The notes under the pieces: generated by a model | Told to the model about the DNA's origin: nothing | Seen by the model: the letters and a program-made list of their open reading frames with translations, nothing else | Databases searched by the model: none | Origin: Eledone cirrhosa | Taxonomy: Eukaryota | Length of the DNA: 64,000 bases | Direction of reading: 5' to 3' | Assembly: GCA_964016885.1 (NCBI GenBank) | Contig: OZ024742.1 | Coordinates: 65,782,001-65,846,000, forward strand | In this document: one piece after another, positions 1-14,993 of the stretch | Layout of the letters: every line of letters starts with the position of its first letter | How positions within the stretch are numbered: position 1 is the stretch's first letter | Program-made: the position numbers and the translations under genes

Positions 1-356
1 TTGCATTTCAAAATTACGACAGAAATGCATGTTTGCATTATTCATTCAAATACACATTTTATCTACAACGTATAATTACTTAAAATTATACACACGCAAC
101 ACACACGCATACACCCCCACCCGCACACACATATATATACATATATATAATATAATAATGATAATAAAAAGGACGATTTGTTATGTGTTCATTATGTTTA
201 TCGAGTAGTTACGTGCGTTTCGCTATTGATGAGCTTAAGGTTCGATCTGTATCGATCTAGCCCGACTCTGGAATCTCTATACTGACAAAAAATTACGCAT
301 CGAGTGCTCACTCTGGTGAACCTACAGTAACTGGACGTTACATTCCTCATATGTAT

Positions 357-2770
357 ATATATATATGAAAATAGGGAGAAAAAGACGATTATTAGGATGA
401 AAAATATTTTTTTTCCCTTTTATTTTTTTTCTCTTTTTTTCTGGGTTAGAAAATGTTTAAAACAAAATATTTTATTTTGTGAGAAGTGTTAAGGAATTAG
501 TTAATTTATTTATTAATTAACAATGGCATTTATTTATTTATTTATATATTTAATAATTGTTTATTACCGGTTTCAGCATTTTATGCATTATCAAAGGGGG
601 GAATTTGCGTTGGTGTAAAATGTTGGTGATGTTGAACATGTTAAGGAAATGGGGAAGAAAGAATAATGTTATTTACAAACAAGGTTTTTGAATTGAAAAG
701 AAAAAAGAAAAAAGAAAAAAAGGGGGGTAATGTGGAACATGATAAGGTAATGGGAAAGAACAAATAATATTATTTACAGGCATAGTTCTTGAGGATAGGG
801 AGTTCAAAAGGTGTTATTATGGTAAGAGTGCTTAGTTGATCCATGATGGAGGCAAATGGTAGTCTGGGGTTTGATATGATTTCCCTTTTTAAAGAATTAA
901 TATGCAGGGGGAGGTAATCCAGGGTGGTCAGGTAGGGGAGAGAGAAATGAGAGGGGGTAATTCATTTATATAAGAAAAAGGATTAGGTAGGGTGTTAGGG
1001 AGGTAACTCTTTAGAGAACATAGGAATTAGGTTTTGGTTCATTGTTCGTTCCAGTTTTAGTTTAGTAAGAAGTTTAGTCCATTAATTAGAGGTTGGAATT
1101 TGTTAATGAAGTACGTTTCCTTATTGGTACGATGGATGAAAGAAGCGTTGTCTATGAATTTGTAAATGGGGAAAATTTTAAAGTTTGGATGTTGGTTAGG
1201 TGTACAATTGGCGATATGTTCACTAAAAGCAATCTTTTTGTATTCCTGTATTTTGATTTGTGATCTACGGACGGTCATACTTTGTCGGAGGCTGTTTTTT
1301 TGCCTGTCCTATGTAGTGCTCTTGACAACCTGAGCAGGTCAAAACATAGATTAAGTTTTCAGATGCACATGTAAAGTTGTGTTTAACTGTGAAATGTTGT
1401 CCTTGTTTAAAATGGAATGTTGAACCTTCTATTAGATTTATGCATATGCCACAGTTGGGCCTTCCGCATTTTTTTACTGTAGGGTTTATTGTGAGGGTTG
1501 GTTAAATTTTAGCTTGTGTGAGGATGTTTTTTATGGATTTAGGTTGTCTTTTGCTCTTTATGATGTTGTGTGTTTGGAGGATTTTGATCATTCTTGGGTC
1601 TCTTTTTAATGAAGGAATGTTCTGGAGGATGGTGTCGAATGCCTCATTGTTGAGGGGGTTGTGTGTGGAGATGTATGGTAGAGTTTTCTGTTGCGGTTCA
1701 TTCCTGGGTTTGGGGTGTCTGAGTTCCTGGATGTTGAGTTTTAGGGCACGTTGGAATCCATTGTCGATTAGGGATGGTGGGTAGTTTCTGCTGATAAGTG
1801 TGTTCTTTAATTCTTCTAGTCGTGTGTATCATGTGTATTTATCTGAAACTATTGTGCAGTCCTTCTGGCTAGGTTATAAGTAATTGCCATTTTGTTATAG
1901 TGAGGGTGGCATGAGTTAAATGGAAGATATTGTTTGGAGTCTGGGGGTTTGTAGTATATGTCTGTTTCTATTTTGTTATTTGTTTTCTTGATGAGGATGT
2001 CGAGGAAAGGGAGTTGTAATCCATTGTAAATTGTAAGTTTGTGTTGAGTCCATTCAGAAAGGTTTTAAACTCAAACAGTCTATCTATACTTTCATGCCAG
2101 AGGATGAAGTCGTCCAGATATCTCTTCCAGTTTTTTCTATGTGTAGGTAGAAGTGGTTAACGTATTTGTCTAGAACTTTGCGGTAGAGGGTGGTTTCCAA
2201 ATATCCCATCACAAGGTCGACGTATGAGGGGGCTACTTTCGTGGCCATGGCAGTCCCAGATTTCTGTCTGTAGTATTTGGCATCGAATTCGAAGAAGTTG
2301 TTTTCCAAGATGAATTTGAGTCCCTCCAACACAAATTCTTTAGGGATGCGCTGTGGAAGTTCACTTTTTTTCCTTTCTTTTTTCTTTTTTATTTTCACTT
2401 CAAAAACCTTGTTTGTAAATAACATTATTCTTTCTTCACCATTTCCTTAACATGTTCAACATCACCAACATTTTACACCGATACAAATTCCCCCCTTTGA
2501 TAATGCATAAAATGCTGAAACCGGTAATAGACAATTATTAAATATATCAATAAGTAAATAAATGCCATTGTTAATTAATAAATAAATTAACTAATACCTT
2601 AACACTTTACGAAAAGTAAAATATTTTGTTTTAAACATTTTCTAACCCAGAAAAAAGTGAAAAAAATAAAAAGGAAAACAAATTTTTTTCTTCCTAATAA
2701 TCGTCTTTTTCTCCCTATTTTCATATATATATTCCAACTCGTGTGCTCCTTCTCCACATTTTATAATTAT
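357..2770 (-). mobile_element. Penelope-like retroelement (Neptune-like), 5'-truncated and decayed, with inverted pLTRs
   Basis: Minus-strand RT remnant (FILENNFFEFDAKYYRQKSGTAMATKVAPSY, ORF 2084-2425), C-x4-C-x2-C linker (KCGRPNCGICINL) and GIY-YIG endonuclease (LIYVLTCSGCQEHYIGQ...FINKFQPLINGLN, ~1060-1400), broken by frameshifts. ~360-bp inverted repeats at ~357-722 and ~2365-2730; the right arm has an extra ~40-nt tail (2731-2770). Both ends lie in (TA)n. Confidence 0.9.
2497..2526 (+). ncRNA. Minimal hammerhead-like motif (U3-A8 core variant) in PLE pLTR; mirror copy at 565-594 (-)
   Basis: TTGATAA-tGCAT-aaa-ATGCt-GAAA-CCGG-TA; palindromic CCGG as in PLE minimal HHRs; stem I is poor. 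Confidence 0.55.
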
Positions 2771-2786
2771 TATATATATATATATA

Positions 2787-3608
2787 CTAGCAGCAGTACC
2801 CAGCGTTGCCTGGGTAGATAAAATAATATCTGCTTTGATGAAAAGGTGTTGATCTTAGCGACTGCTTCTCGATGACTCATCTATGGCCACACACAGGCCA
2901 TGCGGGGGAGGGTGGTGATGACCTCTATCACTGACAAATGTGGGTAACTGACGAAGGGGTATGCTGGAGGAGGGAGTTTCGAATTTCAACGAAATCGGTT
3001 GAAAAATTAGGGAGCTAGAGCCGAAAAGGCGGAAATTTGAGCGAAAAGATGGTATTTTCGAATATTTAAGCGGCTGCCACGCCGTTCCTGAACAAAATAT
3101 CCAAAATATAAAGCCACTTTAAGACGTGGAATAATCAGATCTAGCGTAGTGTAAAATTTGAACAAAGTAGGTTGATTAATGTGGGAGCTAAATCCGAAAA
3201 AGTGGAAATTTGAGTCTATAAGTGGTATTTTTGAATATTTAAGCGGCTGCCACGCCGTCCCTGAACAACAAATGCAAAATATAAAGCGATTACAGGATGT
3301 GCAATGAATAATTCTATTTTGTCTTAAAATTTGAACGAAATCGGTGACAAAATGTGGGAGCTAGAGCCAAATATCTTATTTTTCGATACCTAAAAAAAGG
3401 TGCCCCACCCCTATCAATTTTTATCTGCAGAATGACCCCGGAATAAAAAGACGATACGCTGATATATAGAAAACACTCCCCGATGACTAATCTATGAGCC
3501 TGTAAAGTTTCATGAAATCGGTCGTAAGATGTAGGCCCCTATAGGTAATACACAGACACACAGACACACACACACACTCACACATACTTAATTTTATATA
3601 TATACAGA
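2787..3608 (-). mobile_element. Non-autonomous Helitron-like element
   Basis: Minus strand begins A|TC (3609/3608) TCTGTATATATATAAAATT and ends with hairpin ACCCAG-gcaacg-CTGGGT (2798-2815) then CTAG|T (2787-2790); internal ~173-bp subrepeats (GGGAGCTA at ~3010, 3184, 3357) and a (CA)-rich tract. Confidence 0.8.
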
Positions 3609-3612
3609 TATA

Positions 3613-3642
<30 letters not shown>

Positions 3643-3644
<2 letters not shown>

Positions 3645-6600
3645 GAAATTGGAATAAATGCACTGAAATAGCGATATATATGTGAATATAGACATAGAAT
3701 ATTCGAAAATATTCTGTATGTTTATAATAAACATTTTGAAGACCTAATCGCTATAGAATAGAATACGTCACGTATTACAATTAGATTCTCGATAAAAGCA
3801 AGGGAAGTAATCTACGCGTTTCATTCTTGTTAGAAATCATCAGGACTACATATCCAGTGCTTTTATCGAGAATGACACAGCTAGAGACTTATAGAATACT
3901 TAGCTGTGTACAGGAACTGGTTTGAAAGAGCGGTTGCCGGTCCGGCAGAAATTAGAAATTGGAATAAATGCTCTGAAATAGCGATATATATGTGAATATA
4001 GACATAGAATATTCGAAAATATTCTGTATGTTTATAATAAACATTTTGAAGACCTAATCGCTATAGAATAGAATACGTCACGTATTACAATTAGATTCTC
4101 GATAAAAGCAAGGGAAGTAATCTACGCGTTTCATTCTTGTTAGAAATCATCAGGACTACATATCCAGTGCTTTTATCGAGAATGACACAGCTAGAGACTT
4201 ATAGAATACTTAGCTGTGTACAGGAACTGGTTTGAAAGAGCGGTTGCCGGTCCGGCAGAAATTAGAAATTGGAATAAATGCTCTGAAATAGCGATATATA
4301 TGTGAATATAGACATAGAATATTCGAAAATATTCTGTATGTTTATAATAAACATTTTGAAGACCTAATCGCTATAGAATAGAATACGTCACGTATTACAA
4401 TTAGATTCTCGATAAAAGCAAGGGAAGTAATCTACGCGTTTCATTCTTGTTAGAAATCATCAGGACTACATATCCAGTGCTTTTATCGAGAATGACACAG
4501 CTAGAGACTTATAGAATACTTAGCTGTGTACAGGAACTGGTTTGAAAGAGCGGTTGCCGGTCCGGCAGAAATTAGAAATTGGAATAAATGCTCTGAAATA
4601 GCGATATATATGTGAATATAGACATAGAATATTCGAAAATATTCTGTATGTTTATAATAAACATTTTGAAGACCTAATCGCTATAGAATAGAATACGTCA
4701 CGTATTACAATTAGATTCTCGATAAAAGCAAGGGAAGTAATCTACGCGTTTCATTCTTGTTAGAAATCATCAGGACTACATATCCAGTGCTTTTATCGAG
4801 AATGACACAGCTAGAGACTTATAGAATACTTAGCTGTGTACAGGAACTGGTTTGAAAGAGCGGTTGCCGGTCCGGCAGAAATTAGAAATTGGAATAAATG
4901 CTCTGAAATAGCGATATATATGTGAATATAGACATAGAATATTCGAAAATATTCTGTATGTTTATAATAAACATTTTGAAGACCTAATCGCTATAGAATA
5001 GAATACGTCACGTATTACAATTAGATTCTCGATAAAAGCAAGGGAAGTAATCTACGCGTTTCATTCTTGTTAGAAATCATCAGGACTACATATCCAGTGC
5101 TTTTATCGAGAATGACACAGCTAGAGACTTATAGAATACTTAGCTGTGTACAGGAACTGGTTTGAAAGAGCGGTTGCCGGTCCGGCAGAAATTAGAAATT
5201 GGAATAAATGCTCTGAAATAGCGATATATATGTGAATATAGACATAGAATATTCGAAAATATTCTGTATGTTTATAATAAACATTTTGAAGACCTAATCG
5301 CTATAGAATAGAATACGTCACGTATTACAATTAGATTCTCGATAAAAGCAAGGGAAGTAATCTACGCGTTTCATTCTTGTTAGAAATCATCAGGACTACA
5401 TATCCAGTGCTTTTATCGAGAATGACACAGCTAGAGACTTATAGAATACTTAGCTGTGTACAGGAACTGGTTTGAAAGAGCGGTTGCCGGTCCGGCAGAA
5501 ATTAGAAATTGGAATAAATGCTCTGAAATAGCGATATATATGTGAATATAGACATAGAATATTCGAAAATATTCTGTATGTTTATAATAAACATTTTGAA
5601 GACCTAATCGCTATAGAATAGAATACGTCACGTATTACAATTAGATTCTCGATAAAAGCAAGGGAAGTAATCTACGCGTTTCATTCTTGTTAGAAATCAT
5701 CAGGACTACATATCCAGTGCTTTTATCGAGAATGACACAGCTAGAGACTTATAGAATACTTAGCTGTGTACAGGAACTGGTTTGAAAGAGCGGTTGCCGG
5801 TCCGGCAGAAATTAGAAATTGGAATAAATGCTCTGAAATAGCGATATATATGTGAATATAGACATAGAATATTCGAAAATATTCTGTATGTTTATAATAA
5901 ACATTTTGAAGACCTAATCGCTATAGAATAGAATACGTCACGTATTACAATTAGATTCTCGATAAAAGCAAGGGAAGTAATCTACGCGTTTCATTCTTGT
6001 TAGAAATCATCAGGACTACATATCCAGTGCTTTTATCGAGAATGACACAGCTAGAGACTTATAGAATACTTAGCTGTGTACAGGAACTGGTTTGAAAGAG
6101 CGGTTGCCGGTCCGGCAGAAATTAGAAATTGGAATAAATGCTCTGAAATAGCGATATATATGTGAATATAGACATAGAATATTCGAAAATATTCTGTATG
6201 TTTATAATAAACATTTTGAAGACCTAATCGCTATAGAATAGAATACGTCACGTATTACAATTAGATTCTCGATAAAAGCAAGGGAAGTAATCTACGCGTT
6301 TCATTCTTGTTAGAAATCATCAGGACTACATATCCAGTGCTTTTATCGAGAATGACACAGCTAGAGACTTATAGAATACTTAGCTGTGTACAGGAACTGG
6401 TTTGAAAGAGCGGTTGCCGGTCCGGCAGAAATTAGAAATTGGAATAAATGCTCTGAAATAGCGATATATATGTGAATATAGACATAGAATATTCGAAAAT
6501 ATTCTGTATGTTTATAATAAACATTTTGAAGACCTAATCGCTATAGAATAGAATACGTCACGTATTACAATTAGATTCTCGATAAAAGCAAGGGAAGTAA

Positions 6601-7141
6601 TCTACGCGTTTCATTCTTGTTAGAAATCATCAGGACTACATATCCAGTGCTTTTATCGAGAATGACACAGCTAGAGACTTATAGAATACTTAGCTGTGTA
6701 CAGGAACTGGTTTGAAAGAGCGGTTGCCGGTCCGGCAGAAATTAGAAATTGGAATAAATGCTCTGAAATAGCGATATATATGTGAATATAGACATAGAAT
6801 ATTCGAAAATATTCTGTATGTTTATAATAAACATTTTGAAGACCTAATCGCTATAGAATAGAATACGTCACGTATTACAATTAGATTCTCGATAAAAGCA
6901 AGGGAAGTAATCTACGCGTTTCATTCTTGTTAGAAATCATCAGGACTACATATCCAGTGCTTTTATCGAGAATGACACAGCTAGAGACTTATAGAATACT
7001 TAGCTGTGTACAGGAACTGGTTTGAAAGAGCGGTTGCCGGTCCGGCAGAAATTAGAAATTGGAATAAATGCTCTGAAATAGCGATATATATGTGAATATA
7101 GACATAGAATATTCGAAAATATTCTGTATGTTTATAATAAA

Positions 7142-7143
<2 letters not shown>
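3643..7143 (-). repeat. Tandem array of 310-bp hammerhead-containing units, left arm (11 full units plus partial)
   Basis: Unit starts TAGAAATTGG at 3643+310n up to 7053; units identical by eye except position 3662; HHR on the minus strand of each unit (first at 3785-3873). Confidence 0.97.
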
Positions 7144-9340
<2,197 letters not shown>

Positions 9341-9384
9341 CATATATACATACACACACACACATATATATATATTAGATATAT

Positions 9385-10131
9385 TAGAAAGTGAGGTTTT
9401 ATTTACTAAATGAAAAATAACCGAGGTGTCCTACACGGGTGAAAGTATAAGGAAAAAAGATGAAATCGAAAATGCAATTGGAGTCTTTTTTTTTTTAAAT
9501 ATATATATTTATTTGGTTCCTTCTGGTTTTCAAAAGTAGAGTTGAGATGGAGGGTCTGTGGTTTTTCTCACATCTGGTTGGTCTCTGAATGTTACGTGTT
9601 TTATATGGAAAAAGTGGCTCGAAATGCCATGGTTTTCGAGAAGTAATTTGATTGGTTGGAGAATAAGTATAATAAATTTCGCACCAGTTCGCGTTACAAA
9701 GTTCTTCAAACAAAGGGGCGGGGGGGGGGGGGGGGGGGGGGGGCTCAGTTTGTTTTTTCATATATCAGTCAAGTTTGGTTGGTTGCAGTCACGTGAATAA
9801 GCACATCATCTTTCGCGCCAGTTTGTTTGAATTTCTTTTTACTTAAAAAAAGTGGCTCACAGAGGCTTTTTTTTAATAAATTTAATTTGATTGGTTATAA
9901 ATGAAATTATGACTGTCACGTGAACAAGTTCATTAAGTTTCGCGCCCACATTTGGGAATTTATTTTGTAGCCTTTTCGAGAATTTTGTGCCAAACAAAAG
10001 ATAATGGTCAAGAGAAATGGGATGGGAGAATTGTTCTGGGTCAGTGAATATGGTTGGTTCGCTGGGGTGTCAGAGTTCAGACTTTCTATTGAAGTAAAGA
10101 AAGTAGAGATATGTATGTTTATTTGTGTGCT

Positions 10132-10165
<34 letters not shown>

Positions 10166-10847
10166 TATGTGTGCGTGTGTGTGTGTGTAGGAAGATGATT
10201 CTATTAGTAGAAATGGGGGAGGAAGATGTGTGTGTATGGGTGTTATGTTTGTGTATGTGTATGTGGGAGTATGGTTAGTATGTTAAGATGGAGAGAATAT
10301 ATATATTTTGTGTGTGTGTGTAGGAAAGTGATTCTATTAGTAGAAATGGGGGAGGGAGTTGTGTGTGTGTGTGGGTGTTATGTATGTGTGTATGGGTGTT
10401 ATGTGTGTGTGTGTGTATGTGTGTGTGGGAGTATGGCTAGCATGTTAAGATGGAGAGAATATATATATATTGTGTGTGTAGGAAAATGATTCCGTTAGTA
10501 GAAATGGTAAAGGGAGTTATGTGTGTGTGTGTGTGTGTGGGGGGGGGGGTTAGCATGTTAAGGTGTTAGAGTATTAACGTATGTTAAGGTTTATTTAGTT
10601 CTGGTTTGGTAGAAGGTGTTATGTGTGTGTGTATGTAGGTCTCTAAAAACCTGGCATTTCGAGCCACTTTTTTCCATATAAAACAAGTAACATTCAAAGA
10701 CCAACCAGATGTGAGAAAAACCACAGACCCTCCATCGCAACACTACTTTTGAAAAGCAGAAGAACTGCGAAACCGGTAAAGGAACCAAATAAATATATAT
10801 ATTTAAAAAAAAAAGACTCCAGTTGCATTTTCGATTTCATCTTTTTT

Positions 10848-10850
<3 letters not shown>
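9385..10850. mobile_element. Non-coding PLE derivative (3'UTR/pLTR only) with inverted arms
   Basis: ~9450-9630 inverted with 10652-10850; ~65-nt tail 9385-9448 on the left arm; (TG)-rich body like the 3'UTR of the Neptune-like copy at 24.4-27.1 kb; same family as 27249-29041. Confidence 0.8.
10746..10781 (+). ncRNA. Minimal hammerhead, U3-A8 variant (also ~28944-28979 + and ~27388-27423 -)
   Basis: CTT-TTGAAAA-GCAG-aagaa-CTGC-GAAA-CCGG-TA-AAG; identical core in three copies; deleted from the 9.5-kb arm. Confidence 0.65.
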
Positions 10851-10903
<53 letters not shown>

Positions 10904-10914
10904 CTATATATATA

Positions 10915-11095
10915 TGAATGTATGTATAGTATATTTGGCAATATACCGTATGTTTAATTAAAAACATTTAGAAGACCATACGCTATCAGTTTTAAAGTAG
11001 TGACTATGTCATTACTTCTTTTCAGCGAAAGAAGGGAGAGAAGCTGACAGTCTGTTTCACGCTGGTTGGCGTTTATCAGATCCGCGTACTCCCCT
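10915..11095 (-). mobile_element. Diverged single-copy relative of the 310-bp HHR unit
   Basis: TATGTTT..AACATTTAGAAGACC..CGCTAT matches the array unit; minus-strand CTGATAA-ACGC-caacca-GCGT-GAAA-CAGACTG-TC at 11046-11079. Confidence 0.55.
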
Positions 11096-11189
11096 GTTAT
11101 TTATGTGTCTATATATATATTGTATTCACGAGTGTTTTCTTTCTGTCATTACCTAAGTTTCATAACCACAAGAAAGGGTTGGCCTGAAT

Positions 11190-12330
11190 ACAGAATTGAG
11201 GAGTTTGGATTTTTCACCTACCACCCTTCTTCTGGAGACCGAACTGTGGATCTAGCGCATTACTGTACCATCTCCTACAATTCTTGCACTTAATTCTGCC
11301 TCGTGCCTTCCATCACTCGGGAACGTTGCACAAAGATTCTTGAACTTCTCCACCTGCTTCAGTGGAACTCCATTCACTTGTAGAGTGAAATACGTAGGCT
11401 TCTTTAAGAGGACGACCATTGATGTTCATTCTAGCCGTGTAGCAATCGGTCTTAAATCTGTCAAGTGCTTGTCGGTGATCAAAACCAGACGCGGTAAGTA
11501 ATTGTTTCTACTATTGGCACAAGGCCAGAAAATTACCCAGTACATTACTGGTACTTTATTTTATCGACCCCGTAAGGATGAAAGGCAAAGTTAACCTCGG
11601 CGGGATTTGAACTCAGAATGGCAAGGGCCGTAACTCTATGCGTCAAAGCATGGCATCCGAACCTCTACCGATACTGCCAAGTAATATCATGTTGCCTGCA
11701 AATTCAAGTCGGCTGATCCTCCCCTCACCAGTCGTCATATCACACCCACCCGACTACCCATGTCAATCTTGTTCATGAAGATTATGAAGATTAAGAACAG
11801 AAGTCGTGATAGTACGCATCCTTGGTAAAGCTCGCCTCCCACCTTGAATCGTTCCGATTTAGCACTATTTATTCGAACACAAATAGTAGGGCATTCGTAT
11901 GGAGACATTAGGGTAACAAGTAGCTTTCTATCGATCCCGAACTCATGCAGAACCTCGCACAGTATGTCTCGTGGAGCGTGATCGTATGCCTTTTCGAAGT
12001 ATATAAAGGAAGAATACAGTACACCTTTTGGCAGTACTACCACGATTTCTCAAAGACCCGCCGCAGTGTGAATATTTGAACGGCTATGTTGAGTCCGGGG
12101 CGAAAACCACACTATTCATCAGCTACCTTAGACTTGGCAATATCCCTACAACATTTTGCCAGACACTTAGCAAAGACTTTACCGAAGAAGCTTAACAAAG
12201 GGACCACTCTATAATAAGAGCAAAATCTTTCTTGTCTCCCTTTTTAAAAATTGGGATTATCAATTTAGATTCCTTTGCTAATGTACTTTCCAGAGAGCCA
12301 GTCCACTTCCCCATTTAAGGCTTTGCCACA
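11190..12330 (-). mobile_element. Decayed RTE-type LINE reverse transcriptase fragment, interrupted by a SINE
   Basis: ORF 11735-12043 FIYFEKAYD...ELYQGCVLSRLLFLIF (RT motifs), continuing as RISRLEFAGNMILL (degenerate FADD). Confidence 0.75.
11499..11680 (-). mobile_element. tRNA-derived octopus-type SINE (family A)
   Basis: Matches ~190-bp family with B-box GAGTTCAAATCC, core GCCTTTCATCCTTACGGGGTCGATAAA and 3' end AGTAGAAACAATTA; AAGTAAT direct repeat at the flanks. Confidence 0.85.
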
Positions 12331-13274
12331 TTTGAACTCTTTAATTGTTTGATGATGGTATTTGATGATGATGATAATGGCGATATAATGATAATAGTAT
12401 ATGATTTTAGAGACATTTCTCTGATATCACTAGCAAGCCGAGCGATAATGTAGAATATTGCATGCACCCTGTTGGTCCGTTTGAATACGTTGGTCACTGA
12501 AGGTCACTGACTGTGACAAAGCGGTTCAAATAAAACATTTATAGAAAGTTATATCTCTGTCTCCTTTTATTTGCTTTAAATATATACGCCAAAATCCATT
12601 TATATACAAAACACCTTTATGTAGCCCAATGAGAGGAGTGAAGCGTTTCGACGTCAGAGAATATTTTTTAATAACAGAAATAGTTATTTGAAGATAGAAA
12701 AATCCATAAAGACAGCAATATAGACAACAATAAGAGAGACAACAATGATAATATGGACGATAACAACGACAAGGATAATGGCGACGACGACGATGCGATG
12801 ATAACGGCAAAACGTTTCAAATTGTAAAGGAAATCGACTGAGAAAATAAACATTACCTGTGATTCTGACTCCACGGCCTTATCATAGGTAATCCGATTGT
12901 TGGTTTTTTAAATATTAGTGCCAATTGTATTAGGATATGAAATAAAGTCAACTTACCTAGAAAAGAAAAGAAAAGAACAATGGATCAAATATAAATAGAA
13001 AATATATTTACCCTCACACACATATATATATTCAACTGCTAATTCACTTGGCAGTATTGAACAATGCTTCGCGCGCCTCATTGCAACCCATATCTGTGTA
13101 AAAGCATAATCATTATACACACACACACACATACACACACACGCCCCCCCCCCCCCCCCCACACACACATATATATACATATGAAATTTAAAATACGAGG
13201 AAATAGGCAAAAATATACCTATTTTTTCTTCAAATTCCCGACTGCAGTTTCCCGTTTGCACACACACACACACA

Positions 13275-13360
<86 letters not shown>

Positions 13361-13877
13361 TATATATAATATATACATGTACGAGTGAAATAGAGATAGA
13401 CAGAGAGGAAGAGAGGGAACAAAATATATATATAAAATAAAATATAATTTCAAATAATATTATATTTGAGATAAAAAGAACAATTTGCAAGATAAACACC
13501 CAGAAAACGTTTAGAAGGTACCAACATTAGAAGTGTTAGAAGTAGTCAGTGGAGTATATTGCATGAGGAGGAAGAATGGTGGCAAGGATCGACAGGGACC
13601 GCGAATATGAATGCTAATGATTTCTAATAACACGTTGAAACTAAATATGAATATTAAACACAGAAAATAACTGTAAAAGCAGTCTGTCGCTATAAACAAG
13701 AGACGGAAAGCGTGGTCAGTAGATGCTACAGAGAAATCGAACTCCTTATCCTTCAAATACTGTGCAAGACATACGGGGCCCGATTCCCTGCAACAGATAC
13801 TGGCTACGTTTTTCTGCGTTTGTGAGTCCCATATCCTCAAATTTTAAATCAGCTGGCGCTTCGACAATTCATAATTA

Positions 13878-13908
<31 letters not shown>

Positions 13909-14191
13909 CGCGCGCGTGTGTGTGTATGTGTATATGCGTGTGTGCGATTACTATTTATGGTTCGCAAGTACAAATATTTAAGAAGAATGGGGTTTCATTA
14001 CCGGGACTTATTTTAAAGAACGTCGGCGGAGGAAGCTAAGTTCAACACCACCGGAAATTGAACTCTGATTGTTGTCAGAGTTTTCGTCCTGCGGCACTCT
14101 TTAGAGCCTCAAAGATGTTCTTACATTATCTTCTTATTCTAATATTCATCACATTTTTTGCTCTATATTATCAATATTATCTACTTATTCA

Positions 14192-14380
14192 AGGGCGGTA
14201 GATTGGTAGTATCGGTAGAGGGTCGGACGCCATGGTTTGCAGCATAGAGTTACGGCCCTTTATAGTCTGAGTTCAAATCCCGCCGAGGTTAACTTTGCCT
14301 TTCATCCTTACGGGGTCGATAAAATAAAGTACCAGTAATACACTGGGATAATTGCTGGCCTTGTGCCTAAAGTAGAAACA
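14192..14380 (+). mobile_element. SINE family A, full length
   Basis: Same family; 16-bp TSD ATTATCTACTTATTCA at 14176-14191 and 14381-14396. Confidence 0.9.
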
Positions 14381-14948
14381 ATTATCTACTTATTCAGTAG
14401 TTCCCAGGAAACATACTAATGTTAGGCGCAATGTTAGTGGACACGTTTTCTTCACGTGAAGCTAATTTATTCTACTATCTGAATTCTTTATATTTACTGT
14501 AGATCAACACAATATTCTGATGAACTAAATGCCACACAGTATCTAATATCTATGTGTAGTAGTTGACCCTCTCATTTCATATTCCATCAGAGTTCGATAA
14601 AATGATTACCAATTATATACTGTAGTTTATTCAATACATCTCACCCCTAAACTACACACTTATTCCTACCCATAGCAACGGAAGGAAACAATAACAGTTC
14701 ATAGAAAGATGTTTGGATGTACACAGTAGACAATTAAATTATTATTAATAATAATATTTAATTGTAACGAAAAATAGAAACGGCAAGCATTAAAGTAATT
14801 TGCTAAAAATATAATTTACTTGAAATAATTTAGTTAGCAAAACATAAATTTTACTGCAAATATTAAAAAAACAAATACGATAATGTAATTTACAAAAAAG
14901 CCCCCCCCCCTCGAAAAACAATGAAAAGAAAACCACGAACCAGAAAAG

Positions 14949-14993
<45 letters not shown>

